Source: a bacterium (lineage in GTDB: Bacteria > Hinthialibacterota > Hinthialibacteria > Hinthialibacterales > Hinthialibacteraceae). Taken from it: a DNA stretch of 64,000 nucleotides. Of the stretch, positions 50,103-60,259 are shown one piece after another. The stretch's first letter is position 1, and every line of letters starts with the position of its first letter. A program made the translations under genes and the position numbers. Location of the stretch: positions 928,001 to 992,000 of the forward strand of contig CAXXMV010000001.1 of the NCBI GenBank assembly GCA_963662285.2. The letters run 5' to 3'. The notes under the pieces were generated by a model. The model made no database searches. It worked only from the letters and a program-made list of their open reading frames with translations, and was not told the origin of the DNA.

Positions 50103-50855
50103 ATGTCTCCCACAGAACTGCTCAAAAAGAAATACCGCCTATCCAACTTAATCAATCTACTTACCGCATCAGCCCTACTGCTAGTTGGATTCGTCTCATT
50201 CGCCAATTCCCGCGAAACTGAAGAATCTTTACAAACAGCACGTTCTTATATGGTTGTCTCACAAATTCAACGACGCGGAATCAAAGACTTAAACGTTATC
50301 AACACCATGTTGAAAGTGAAAAGGCACCTATTCGTTCCCCAAAAAATGATCCCCTACGCCTACCATGACGGCGCCATGCCTATCGGCTATGAGCAAACCA
50401 TCTCGCAACCATATATTGTAGCATTAATGACAGAATTACTTCAAATAAAGAAGGATGATACAGTCCTGGAGATCGGAACCGGATCAGGCTATCAGGCCGC
50501 CATTTTAGGAGAATTAGCCAAAGAGGTTTATTCTATCGAGATCATAAAAGCGCTTGGCGAGAAAACCCAAAAACTCCTTAAGTCACTGAAATATAACAAC
50601 ATCCACCTACGTATAGGAGATGGATACCAGGGTTGGCCCGAACATGCGCCATTCGACAAAATAATTGTCACCGCCGCCCCCGACCACGTCCCTAAACCAT
50701 TGATCGAACAACTCAAAACCGGAGGACGATTAGTCATCCCCGTCGGCAAATCACACCAGAAACTGCTGCTAATCACCAAAGATAAAAACGGCGTCAAGCG
50801 CGAAAACATTATAGCCGTACGTTTCGTCCCCATGACCGGAGAAGCGGAGAAATAA
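50103..50855 (+). CDS. pcm: Protein-L-isoaspartate O-methyltransferase with N-terminal hydrophobic segment
   Basis: RHLFVP, QTISQPYIVA, VLEIGTGSGYQAA, APFDKIIVTAA, VRFVPM; ATG 50103 after GAGGAG. Confidence 0.93.
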   Translation: MSPTELLKKKYRLSNLINLLTASALLLVGFVSFANSRETEESLQTARSYMVVSQIQRRGIKDLNVINTMLKVKRHLFVPQKMIPYAYHDGAMPIGYEQTISQPYIVALMTELLQIKKDDTVLEIGTGSGYQAAILGELAKEVYSIEIIKALGEKTQKLLKSLKYNNIHLRIGDGYQGWPEHAPFDKIIVTAAPDHVPKPLIEQLKTGGRLVIPVGKSHQKLLLITKDKNGVKRENIIAVRFVPMTGEAEK

Positions 50856-50954
50856 TCACTTAAATCATTAGAAATCAATAACCAACGTCTTTGGTGGGTC
50901 ACGCCTTTATTACCCACCAAAGAACCACCCACTCATACACAAAATCCTTCTACC

Positions 50955-51389
50955 CTAATCCGCATCAGGATCAATCTTCATATAACATTTCGAATACCCC
51001 TTACCCCCCTGACAATCCAGCACATACAACTCATATTTATGCATCCCAATGGTTTTCAATCCTTCTAATTCATAGGTAAATGACCTTACTCCAATTGGTA
51101 TGTTCAAATTCAGCTGTCGGCCATCCATCACTATCACCGCATAGCGGATGCCTTTAGGAGCATTAATATAAACATACATGGCATAATCATCTTTGCCGTT
51201 CAGTTCACGTCTTTGGGGGATTATTTTCGATAAAACATACTTAAAGGACGACTTACACCCTCTTATAGTATCAATATCCTGATGTTCAATATTGCAATAT
51301 GGTTTTTCAAACCAGGATGCGGCGCCCCAGTAAATGGCGAATCCTATAGCGAGATAAATAAGGTTTTTGGTTTGTTTAATTTTTATCAT
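50955..51389 (-). CDS. Hypothetical protein with N-terminal membrane anchor
   Basis: 144-aa ORF filling the gap; TM LIYLAIGFAIYWGAA. Confidence 0.6.
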   Translation of the reverse strand: MIKIKQTKNLIYLAIGFAIYWGAASWFEKPYCNIEHQDIDTIRGCKSSFKYVLSKIIPQRRELNGKDDYAMYVYINAPKGIRYAVIVMDGRQLNLNIPIGVRSFTYELEGLKTIGMHKYELYVLDCQGGKGYSKCYMKIDPDAD

Positions 51390-51494
51390 GAAATAGATTC
51401 AATTCAAAAATTATCAATCGTATCTTTATTTATCTTTCACAAAAACCAGATTTTGACAACAAAATCTTTGTAACATGTTGTGTAAAACAAGTTC

Positions 51495-52892
51495 TCAATC
51501 ACCGATATCAATGGTTCGCAGGTTATATTTTTTCATCAATTCCTGCAGATGACGTCGACTCATTCCAGCCATAATAGCCGATTTGGTCACATTGCCGCTA
51601 TTGGATTTTATAAGTTGTTCTAAATACTGATGTTCGAAAGCCTCTCGCGCCTTTTGAAAGGTCAATTCACTGGGATCAATAAAGACAGCGGATTTTTTTT
51701 CAGGAGTTGGAGCATATATTATTTCTGGCAGGTCGCCTTCTTCAATTACGCCTGATTCTCTCAGAACCATGCAGCGTTGAATCACGTTCTCTAACTCACG
51801 GACATTTCCCGGCCAGGAATAATTCATCAATAATTTCATAGCCTCAGGAGAAATGCTTATAACCGAACGGTTCATTTTCTGGTTGAATACAGTAATGAAG
51901 TGTTCAGCTAATTTGGGTATATCCTCTTTTCTATCGCGTAAATTGGGCAGTTGTATATCAATAATTGACAGGCGGTAATACAAATCTTCCCTGAATGAAC
52001 CTCCCTGAACGCCTTCCTTCAAATCTTTATTTGTAGCAGCGACAACCCGGACATCCACTGATTTATTGCTGACGCTTCCTAAACGTCGAATTTCCCGCTC
52101 TTCCAAAGCGCGCAGCAGTTTAACCTGCAATTCCATCGGCAATTCACCGATTTCATCTAAAAAGAGCGTGCCTCCGTCCGCTGATTCAAACAAGCCGATT
52201 TTTCTCTGATGGGCTCCGGAAAATGCGCCTTTTTCGTGCCCGAATAATTCACTTTCAATCAAATCTTTAGGTAAGGCGCCGCAATTGATGGCAAGAAATT
52301 TTTCATCTTTCCGGTTGGAATGCGAATGAATGGCGCGAGCAACCAGTTCTTTTCCTGTCCCGCTTCCGCCCAGGATTAAAACCGTACTATCGGTTGGCGC
52401 GACCTTTCTGATGAGAGAGAATAGTTCCTGCATGGGGTGGCTTTCACCGATGATGTTATCAATCCCCTGCTGCTCTTCCAACCGCTCCGCCAGATACCGC
52501 GTACGATCCAGTAAACGTTTCCGCTCCAGCGCATTATTGATGATATGGAGCACTTCATCATTATTAAACGGTTTAGTGATATATTCATAAGCCCCCCGTT
52601 TCATAGCCTTAACAGCGGTTTCAACCGTACCAAATGCGGTCATCATAATAACTGATGTATCAGGCGCTTCCTGCTTGATATGGTCTAGAATTTCCAAACC
52701 GCTTTTACCGGGCATACGGATATCCAGCATCACCGCGTCAGGCGCATCTTGCCCGATCATTTTTATTGCAGCATTACCCTCACTCGCCGTTTTAACAGTA
52801 TAACCTTCATCGGTTAACACGCGCTCCAGAATATGGCGCATACCAGGCTCATCATCGACGACTAAAACTGATCCACGTCGCAATTTTCGCAT
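51495..52892 (-). CDS. Sigma54-dependent NtrC/AtoC-family response regulator
   Basis: REC domain; GGSGTGKE, ESELFGHEKGAFSGA, LFLDEIG, WPGNVRELEN; Fis-type HTH. Confidence 0.95.
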   Translation of the reverse strand: MRKLRRGSVLVVDDEPGMRHILERVLTDEGYTVKTASEGNAAIKMIGQDAPDAVMLDIRMPGKSGLEILDHIKQEAPDTSVIMMTAFGTVETAVKAMKRGAYEYITKPFNNDEVLHIINNALERKRLLDRTRYLAERLEEQQGIDNIIGESHPMQELFSLIRKVAPTDSTVLILGGSGTGKELVARAIHSHSNRKDEKFLAINCGALPKDLIESELFGHEKGAFSGAHQRKIGLFESADGGTLFLDEIGELPMELQVKLLRALEEREIRRLGSVSNKSVDVRVVAATNKDLKEGVQGGSFREDLYYRLSIIDIQLPNLRDRKEDIPKLAEHFITVFNQKMNRSVISISPEAMKLLMNYSWPGNVRELENVIQRCMVLRESGVIEEGDLPEIIYAPTPEKKSAVFIDPSELTFQKAREAFEHQYLEQLIKSNSGNVTKSAIMAGMSRRHLQELMKKYNLRTIDIGD

Positions 52893-53278
52893 ATTTAGTC
52901 TTCCATATCACTTTATCAGCAATTCAATTTTTTCATGCTCATGCAGTTTATAATTATAGAAAGTATATCACAGAGCAATAATTCCGATTCCTATATTGTT
53001 TGAGTGATTCTCAAAATCATGCTCTCTAACAATCACATTTTTTCTTATAAAAGCCAAAGATTACATGATTTTTGAAACACGGACAAAACCACAATAATAG
53101 ATATTACTACAATCCGTGCGCAAAACAGAAGAGAAAACCATAATAATCGATGGCATCCATCTCCTCAAAAAAGACAAAAGCCCGTTATAATATCATTTCT
53201 ATCCATCGTCATGCGTATTGGCTTCTCAATTAGAGAATCTATAGACGCATAAATAACCTTAACCGGAGGATTACAACC

Positions 53279-54556
53279 GTGCTGGATATCAAGTTAATAC
53301 GAGAAAAAAAAGAGTGGGTTGAGCAACAATTACGCCGTCGCGAACCGGACGTTTCTTTAGATGCCATTATATCCCTCGATTCGCAACGCCGCTCTTTACA
53401 ATCCAGAACGGATGAAATGCGTTCTAATCAGAATACTGTCAGCAAAAACATCGCGCAACGCAAAAAAGCCGGCGATTCAGCTGATGATCTTTTAACCGAA
53501 ATGAAATCGCTCTCCGACCAGATAAAACAAAATACGTTGGAACTGCGTGAATGCGAAGAAGCCATGATGAACAAAGTGGCCGAACTGCCCAACATACCTC
53601 ATGAATCGGTCCCCACCGACATGGATAAAAGAAATAACCAGGTCGTTCGCACTTATGGAGAGAAGCGCATTTTTGATTTCAAACCCAAAAACCACCTGGA
53701 ACTGAGCGATATCCATTATCTGTTCGATTTCGAGCGCGGCGCCAAAATCGCCGGTTCGCAATTCCCCCTTTATATCGGATGGGGAGCGGATCTGGAGTGG
53801 GCTTTACTGAATTTCATGCGTGACCATAACCGCGAACGGGGCTACACCTCGATAGTTCCACCATTGTTGCTTAATCGTGAAAGCACCTTCGCATCAGGCA
53901 ACCTGCCCAAATTCGAAGATCAACTATATAAATGCAAAGACGATCCCTTCTATCTTCTGCCCACCAGCGAAATTCCCATGACCAGCCTATACCGGGATGA
54001 AATTCTGAACGAAGAGGATCTGCCCAAATATTTCACGGCGCTCACTCCATGCTTCCGGCGTGAAGCGGGAACCTACGGTTCCGAAGAACGCGGTCTGGTT
54101 CGCGTCCATCAGTTCAACAAAGTTGAAATGTATAAGTTCGTCACTCCCGAAAGTTCCTATGACGAACTGGATAAATTAGTAAAAGACGCCGAACACATCG
54201 TCGAACAACTTGGATTGCACTACCAGACCTCGCTTCTGGTGACTGGCGATATCGGCAATCAAGCCGCTAAAACCTTTGATATCGAAGTTTGGCTGCCGGG
54301 TCAGGATTCATATTACGAGGTTTCTTCTTGCAGTAATTGTGAAGATTATCAAGCCCGGCGGGGAAACATCCGCTATCGCCCAGCCGGTGGAAAGCCTCAA
54401 TTCCTCCACACTCTGAACGGTTCAGGATTAGCCACCCCACGGCTGCTGATCTCCATTCTGGAAAACAACCAGCAGGAAGACGGCTCAATCATAATCCCTG
54501 AAGCGCTGCGCAAATACCTGGGCGGCAAAGAAAGATTGGTCCCTGGCGAGAAATAA
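53279..54556 (+). CDS. serS: Serine--tRNA ligase
   Basis: MLDIKLIR, LLPTSE, CFRREAG, RVHQFNKVE, EVSSCSNC, HTLNGSGLA. Confidence 0.97.
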   Translation: MLDIKLIREKKEWVEQQLRRREPDVSLDAIISLDSQRRSLQSRTDEMRSNQNTVSKNIAQRKKAGDSADDLLTEMKSLSDQIKQNTLELRECEEAMMNKVAELPNIPHESVPTDMDKRNNQVVRTYGEKRIFDFKPKNHLELSDIHYLFDFERGAKIAGSQFPLYIGWGADLEWALLNFMRDHNRERGYTSIVPPLLLNRESTFASGNLPKFEDQLYKCKDDPFYLLPTSEIPMTSLYRDEILNEEDLPKYFTALTPCFRREAGTYGSEERGLVRVHQFNKVEMYKFVTPESSYDELDKLVKDAEHIVEQLGLHYQTSLLVTGDIGNQAAKTFDIEVWLPGQDSYYEVSSCSNCEDYQARRGNIRYRPAGGKPQFLHTLNGSGLATPRLLISILENNQQEDGSIIIPEALRKYLGGKERLVPGEK

Positions 54557-54653
54557 GCAAACAAAGTTCCATCTCCCCACAGGATGATCTTTACTCATAA
54601 ATATCAATATTGGAGATTATAGGAAATCCAATTATCTTATATAGGACAATATT

Positions 54654-54878
54654 GGGTGCCAAGGGCAGTGTATTTTCTGCCCTTGATTCAGGTCACCTCA
54701 TATATTTCGATAATTTAATCAAGGTTTCACTCAATAAAGAGAATTATGATTAACTTTAGAGTTGTTGTAGTTGGAACCATATTTCTATAATTCTATAAAA
54801 AAGATAAAGAATTATAGAAATTATTCAGTTTCTCTTTAGTTATCGTCAAGGGCAGAAAGGACACTGCCCTTGGCACCC
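54654..54878. repeat. Inverted doublet (REPIN-like) of 33-bp self-palindromic repeats with a central AT hairpin
   Basis: GGGTGCCAAGGGCAGTGTATTTTCTGCCCTTGA (54654-54686) versus TCAAGGGCAGAAAGGACACTGCCCTTGGCACCC (54846-54878), 31/33 complementary. Confidence 0.8.
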
Positions 54879-55002
54879 GTATTGATCTCTACGTAGCCAC
54901 CATTAATAATAAAAAAACTGTTGGATAAAAATCAGCCCCACGGGGCTAGGGTGAGGGCGAAATCCCCAAAAATTCTAACCACTCAAAAACGCCGAATGCA
55001 AT

Positions 55003-55026
55003 GTAGGGGCGTCTTTCATGGGCGCC
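55003..55026 (+). repeat. GTAG-type REP
   Basis: GTAGGGGCGTCTTTCATGGGCGCC. Confidence 0.7.
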
Positions 55027-55350
55027 TAAAGCCACCCTCTCACCACATAGAGTGAGGGGAAATCTAAAAAAATGAAGAATGACCAATAAAGCACTGATTA
55101 TCCTGCCGATATATAGTATAATACCTTCATATATAGATATTTGTGCTTTTTAGCAGTAGATTATCTCGCCGTCTAAAGTCTGAAGAAAGCAAACAAACTG
55201 CGTGATCTATCCGGTTTTAGAAACGTTATATTTTACGATATAATCAAAGTTGCTTTCAACTCAATAGAACTGACAATTATTGAATATTGAGATAGTTTTA
55301 TCGTTTTACCTAATTCAAGTCATAATTCATCATACTCAGGGAGTTTTCTA

Positions 55351-56295
55351 ATGCCTAAACTGACGCATCTAATCATTCTATGGAGCCTGCTCATCCTGTT
55401 GCTTCCCTTAAGTCTAACCGCTGAAGAATCAACCGATGCTTACCAATTACTAAACAAGTTCAAATCAGGGCGAACAATCTATCTGGACTTATCCACAAAC
55501 GCCAAAGGCGTAATTACTGACAACTCGAACGACAAGCCCGCCCAATCACCCATGGATTACCAAATGGATGCGGTCGCCTCCTACACAACCCAGAGCATCA
55601 GCGACAACCAGTGGGCCAATCTGGAAATCGGCTTCGATCAGTTATTGATATCTGGCAGCTCGATGGGAAGCGCTACGATGGATATGGCTGAACAACTTGG
55701 ATTAAATGAACGAAAAATTAAGGTGCAGGTTAGTCCTGCTGGCGATGTCAAAGAACAAACTGCGCCAACCGGCAAAACCAGCCCAATGGATAATTCAGTG
55801 AAAACCATTACCCGGCAGATGCCTTATTTGAAATTCCCTCAAAATGCCATCCCCATCGGATATTCGTGGCATGAATCAAAACAAATCCCCTTAACCGGCG
55901 CGTCAAAGCCGATAATCTCTCATAGCACATATACGCTTGACAAGATCATTGAACAGGATGGAGAGAAAATCGCCATAATTTCTACCAATACAAGCGTTAA
56001 CGAAAAAGATATTCCCATTGATTCCAATTCTTCTCCCCAAAAAAACGTCAACCTGGTCATCAAATTCATATATCAGGAATATTCCATCAACGGCAATGGA
56101 ATTATCCAATTCAGTATAGACCAGGGACGCATCCTGTCAGTGAAAGATACTCAGAAAACCATCTTGTCCATGCAGGGAAGCACCGATATAGACAAAGCAT
56201 CTTTCAAACAAAATAGCAAACAAGAATTCGTCCAGGAAATCAGCGCCGCATTTACAGAGACGAATCCGTCTACAGATGAAGCAGCAAAACAATAA
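55351..56295 (+). CDS. Secreted hypothetical beta-rich protein
   Basis: Signal peptide; FPQNAIPIGYSW and G.I.F....GR patterns seen in DUF6263-like proteins (tentative). Confidence 0.65.
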   Translation: MPKLTHLIILWSLLILLLPLSLTAEESTDAYQLLNKFKSGRTIYLDLSTNAKGVITDNSNDKPAQSPMDYQMDAVASYTTQSISDNQWANLEIGFDQLLISGSSMGSATMDMAEQLGLNERKIKVQVSPAGDVKEQTAPTGKTSPMDNSVKTITRQMPYLKFPQNAIPIGYSWHESKQIPLTGASKPIISHSTYTLDKIIEQDGEKIAIISTNTSVNEKDIPIDSNSSPQKNVNLVIKFIYQEYSINGNGIIQFSIDQGRILSVKDTQKTILSMQGSTDIDKASFKQNSKQEFVQEISAAFTETNPSTDEAAKQ

Positions 56296-56312
56296 AACCT
56301 AAAGATTCTGAG

Positions 56313-57722
56313 ATGATATACTCCATGAAACCTATACGCCTGCTAATCCTGTTGCTGCTGTTAGCCATTGTTGGAAACGCATATCCTGCGGGAAAACCGA
56401 TTACCATACACTCAACTAATTTTTATCTGCCAGGATTAGATAAAGATGTGTTTTACCCGAAAGCTATCAATGCTGATTTCCTGATGAATCCAGACATTGC
56501 ACCTGAATATATCAATAAAACCTTTGAAACATGGACCCAAAAGGGCATCAACACTATCCGTATTAGAGTTGACAGTATGCATGCGCCTGATGATCCATTA
56601 GACCTATATCAGTCTAGCGACGGTCAGCTGAAGCCTGTAATTATTGCCCGGTTGGATGCTCTGATTGAATCGGCGGAAAAACATAATTTGTATATTGTTC
56701 TGGTTCTTTTTGACCTGCAACGCCTTGGCGCCAATTGGGATAAATCGCCCTACAATACAGCCAATGGCGGATCATGCGCCAAATTGTCCGACTGGTTTAA
56801 TCAACCAACCCAAGTATCACTCTCGTTAAATCGAACCGAACAATTAGTCAATAGATACGCTGAACATAATATTTTCGCCTGGGAAATCGGTCGAGGATCA
56901 AACGTCTGGGATCTAAGCAAGCGTCCGAACAACAAACTGATGGAGAGCGTACCTTATTGGTTGATCAGACACGCCAATTTGATACTCAAGATAGATAATC
57001 CACGTCACCTGCTGGCGCTTTCTTTTCTTCCCAATACATATCCTGATACTCTGCTTGGTCTGCCGCATTTCCAAATGCATTTTATTCAGATTGAAGCGCA
57101 AAATACTCTTCAAACCGCCATGAGCGTCGCGCCTTACCTAAACAGTATCAGAGAAAAATTCAAAAAACCTGTTTTCGTGGTTGAACATAACTGGAAAGGG
57201 AATCCAGCAGAACGGGAAGAATTTGTTCATAACCTATTCTGGTCTTCATTCGCAGCATGCAGTGGAATGTTTCTTTCTCCAGTGCAAACCAAGGGTCAAT
57301 ACCAAGTTGCCGATTACGATTTAAGACAAATTCAAGTTTTAGATTTTTTCTTGCCGCAACTCAAATTAAATGGCGCTCCTCGACAGATCACCGTTCCAAT
57401 AAAAATATCCCAGGAAGATTCGTACTTAATTGTAGAGAGTTTGATTGGATATGACAGGTTTTTCTGGTTGCTCCGCAAAAGTCCATCTCAAGATAAAGCA
57501 ATCCTCAATCTAATGACAGTTGAAGGCAAATATCAGAAACAGTGGTTTGATATCGACGCGATGCGCAAATTCCCGATACAGGATTTCACTCTTTTACGCA
57601 AATCATTGATGATTGAATCTGTGCCATTCGAAAGAAGCGTTTTTGGCGTATTACGTCTTATAAAACGAGCCCCAAAAAAAGCAAAACCGCCGGTCTCTCA
57701 ACCAGCGGCTGGTGTTAATTAG
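56313..57722 (+). CDS. Secreted GH5/clan-A-like TIM-barrel protein, acid/base motif altered
   Basis: GINTIRI, LDALIESAEKHNLYIVLVL, SPYNTANGG, IFAWEI, KPVFVVE. Confidence 0.65.
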   Translation: MIYSMKPIRLLILLLLLAIVGNAYPAGKPITIHSTNFYLPGLDKDVFYPKAINADFLMNPDIAPEYINKTFETWTQKGINTIRIRVDSMHAPDDPLDLYQSSDGQLKPVIIARLDALIESAEKHNLYIVLVLFDLQRLGANWDKSPYNTANGGSCAKLSDWFNQPTQVSLSLNRTEQLVNRYAEHNIFAWEIGRGSNVWDLSKRPNNKLMESVPYWLIRHANLILKIDNPRHLLALSFLPNTYPDTLLGLPHFQMHFIQIEAQNTLQTAMSVAPYLNSIREKFKKPVFVVEHNWKGNPAEREEFVHNLFWSSFAACSGMFLSPVQTKGQYQVADYDLRQIQVLDFFLPQLKLNGAPRQITVPIKISQEDSYLIVESLIGYDRFFWLLRKSPSQDKAILNLMTVEGKYQKQWFDIDAMRKFPIQDFTLLRKSLMIESVPFERSVFGVLRLIKRAPKKAKPPVSQPAAGVN

Positions 57723-57736
57723 AAATTTATGTTTTG

Positions 57737-57988
57737 TTATCGGGCGAGAAATTCGAGCGATTGACCACTAAACGTAGAATTAAGAACCAAATAAATCGAT
57801 ACCACAATTATCAAAATCCCTACTCCAATCCATATCAGAGTAGTTTTTAACTGTTTACTATGTTCCGTTTTGCTACGTTTTTTTAATCCCTCAACCATCC
57901 TATCCATTCTTGCAGTATACTCATCGACTGGTTGTTCTTTAGTCTGGACATTTTGTTCTTCTGATGGTGATTCTTGAACTGAATTCAT
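57737..57988 (-). CDS. Small single-TM hypothetical protein
   Basis: ATG 57988 after AGGAG; TM LIWIGVGILIIVVSIYLVL. Confidence 0.6.
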   Translation of the reverse strand: MNSVQESPSEEQNVQTKEQPVDEYTARMDRMVEGLKKRSKTEHSKQLKTTLIWIGVGILIIVVSIYLVLNSTFSGQSLEFLAR

Positions 57989-58223
57989 GATTTTTCTCCT
58001 TGCTTCGCCCGCATTAATAATTATATCGCAAGAAAGTAATAAGTGCAACTATTTTTTTATTTATTGATACAGTAAGGCGCATATAAGCCATAATAATTTA
58101 CATTATATACCCTAAAAAGCCTAAAACAATGTTAATATAGTACTAAACAATATTATGAGACTTATCCGCCTTGCATCTATATAACTGAACGTGTACATTT
58201 TTCTGGTGTAAGATATGCGTTTA

Positions 58224-58298
58224 TAGAGTTTTCAATAATTATATTCAGATGACAAATCCAGACATGTTCAAAGTTTCTTCTTTTTGACAATCGCTCTA
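58224..58298 (+). mobile_element. Short (75-bp) relative of the MITE-like family lacking the internal hairpin
   Basis: Left TAGAGTTTTCAATAATTATATTCAGAT and right TTTTGACAATCGCTCTA match the family ends. Confidence 0.55.
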
Positions 58299-58313
58299 AT
58301 GCGGACGAATCCA

Positions 58314-60161
58314 ATGAACTTTAAATCTTCATCTTCTTATGAAAAATATCAGATAACAGAGACACCTACTGGAATCCGAATTCTAACCAGCATAATGATA
58401 ATCATTACTCTGGTTGGCGCCTTCTGGGCGGGATTATTTCCAATTCGCGGCGCCAATGATCCATGGTGGCACCTTAAAACAGGAGAAATAGTCTGGAACC
58501 ATTTCAAAGACAATGGCTTTCTAACTTTTCACACCTATGATGTTTTCACCTACACCGGCGCCACTACGCCTTGGGTAAACCACGAATGGTTGTCTGATCT
58601 TCTATTTTATGGCGCCTACTGCCTGGGAGACATCCAGGGAGCAATAATCTTTAAAGCATGCATATTCGCTCTAACCATCGCTTTGCTTATACTTTACATG
58701 GTGCGAAATGGCGCCAGTTGGAAGATGGCCTGTCTTGGTTCAGTGATGATCTTATTCGCCTGCCAGACATCACTTTATCTTCGCCCTCCCATTTTCACTT
58801 ACCTGTTTATCGTTATCTTCCTTCATATTATCTTATCATTTCAATTAGACGAATATTTCAAATTGGCTTTTATCGGAGCGATCATAGCTGAAATTGTCTG
58901 GGTCAATCTTCATGGCGGCGCCGTGATTGGAATTCTCTTGATTTTTTTCTGGTGGTTGAGCGAATTATGGTGCTGCCTGATAAACTGGCTTCAGGAAAAT
59001 CCCACTACTCCTTCTTTTAAGCGTCTCGGAACAGCATCAATTATCTTAGGCGCTGTTTGCGTCGCTTCTCTGATAAATCCTTTTACCTATCATATCCATT
59101 TACTTCCAACCAAAGTAATGGGTGACCGGTGGCTGATGTCTCATATCGGAGAATTACAAAGCGCGAATATGCATTACACCAACGCTTTTGAACTGATAAT
59201 TCTTGGCTTATTTCTGCTGCCTATGCTTCGCGCAGGATCGATATGGGTTTATGAATGCCTGGCAATAATATTTTTTGGTCATGAAGCGCTTAACCACATG
59301 CGCCACATCCCCCTTTTCGCCATAGTGGCCGTTCCTCCACTAATATCCGCCCTGGCTGAAGAAAGACGCGCCTTAATGCCTCCTGAGCGAGGTGACATCG
59401 ACTACTCCGGCTTTTGGGGAAAACTAAGCAAAGCCATAAAATGGCTGCTAAATCGTCATGTTGACATTGTAATTGCATTCATTTTGGTCTGTTACGTATT
59501 TGGTTTAAGACCGGGTAAAATTTGGGCAGTTAACTACTCATCCTTCCCTTACCTTAAAACCGATGGATACATCTCTTCGAAATATCCAGTTGCGGCGGCA
59601 AATTTTATTGAACGCTATGAACTTCCGGGAAAAATGTTTAATCATGATAATTTCGCCGGTTATTTAATATGGCGGTTCGCTCCCGAAAAGTACCAAATCT
59701 TCACCGATAGTAGATATGATCTTTGGGGCAGCCGCCTGGCCAAAGAGGAATTGGCGATTATATCAGCCAGGGATATCCCGTTAGGTGGATATAGCAAAAA
59801 CGGCAAATGGCTGGATTTCCAAAATCATTTTAAGACTAAAGAAGAAATCATAGCGTTTTCAAAGAGCCGACAAGAAGAAAGTGCGGGAGAGCCTTTTTTC
59901 GCTGATTTAGGTGATTGGTTGCAAAGTGATAAACCTTATTGGCAATATTTACTGGATGATAAGTATGATATTAATTTCATAATAACCTGGGATAATGATC
60001 CCATCCATATTGATAATTTCCAAAAGCATTTTATGGGATGGTTCCTGGTATTTCGCGAACCGGGATACGTGATTTATCTGCGCGATAAACCAGAGAATGA
60101 TGAAATCCTTAATAAATTCGCGTTGAATCATCAAGAGCATTTACGCAAAAATAACAACTAG
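58314..60161 (+). CDS. Polytopic membrane protein, GT-C-like glycosyltransferase candidate
   Basis: DPWWHLKTGE, WVNHEWLS, LRP, WVNLHGG, FTDSRYDLW; multiple TM segments. Confidence 0.7.
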   Translation: MNFKSSSSYEKYQITETPTGIRILTSIMIIITLVGAFWAGLFPIRGANDPWWHLKTGEIVWNHFKDNGFLTFHTYDVFTYTGATTPWVNHEWLSDLLFYGAYCLGDIQGAIIFKACIFALTIALLILYMVRNGASWKMACLGSVMILFACQTSLYLRPPIFTYLFIVIFLHIILSFQLDEYFKLAFIGAIIAEIVWVNLHGGAVIGILLIFFWWLSELWCCLINWLQENPTTPSFKRLGTASIILGAVCVASLINPFTYHIHLLPTKVMGDRWLMSHIGELQSANMHYTNAFELIILGLFLLPMLRAGSIWVYECLAIIFFGHEALNHMRHIPLFAIVAVPPLISALAEERRALMPPERGDIDYSGFWGKLSKAIKWLLNRHVDIVIAFILVCYVFGLRPGKIWAVNYSSFPYLKTDGYISSKYPVAAANFIERYELPGKMFNHDNFAGYLIWRFAPEKYQIFTDSRYDLWGSRLAKEELAIISARDIPLGGYSKNGKWLDFQNHFKTKEEIIAFSKSRQEESAGEPFFADLGDWLQSDKPYWQYLLDDKYDINFIITWDNDPIHIDNFQKHFMGWFLVFREPGYVIYLRDKPENDEILNKFALNHQEHLRKNNN

Positions 60162-60195
60162 CGTAGCACTCTAAAATTACAAGGCCATAATAATG

Positions 60196-60225
60196 AAAAG
60201 CGCCCGATAAAAGGCGCTTTTTTTT
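60196..60225. terminator. Bidirectional intrinsic terminator
   Basis: AAAAGCGCC-N8-GGCGCTTTTTTTT between convergent genes. Confidence 0.8.
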
Positions 60226-60259
60226 ATTCAATTTTCTCTAAAATGGCGGTACAAGCGAT

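Noticed and set aside
52893-53278. T-box riboswitch or tRNA upstream of serS
   Set aside because: No T-box consensus (GGTGGNACCGCG), terminator or cloverleaf is visible.
54871-54886. Sigma54 promoter TGGCAC-N5-TTGA
   Set aside because: The -12 GC is absent and the motif is part of a repeat arm.
55140-55350. Riboswitch upstream of the secreted gene pair
   Set aside because: Only short complementary stretches (GAAAGCAA/TTGCTTTC); no recognisable aptamer consensus.
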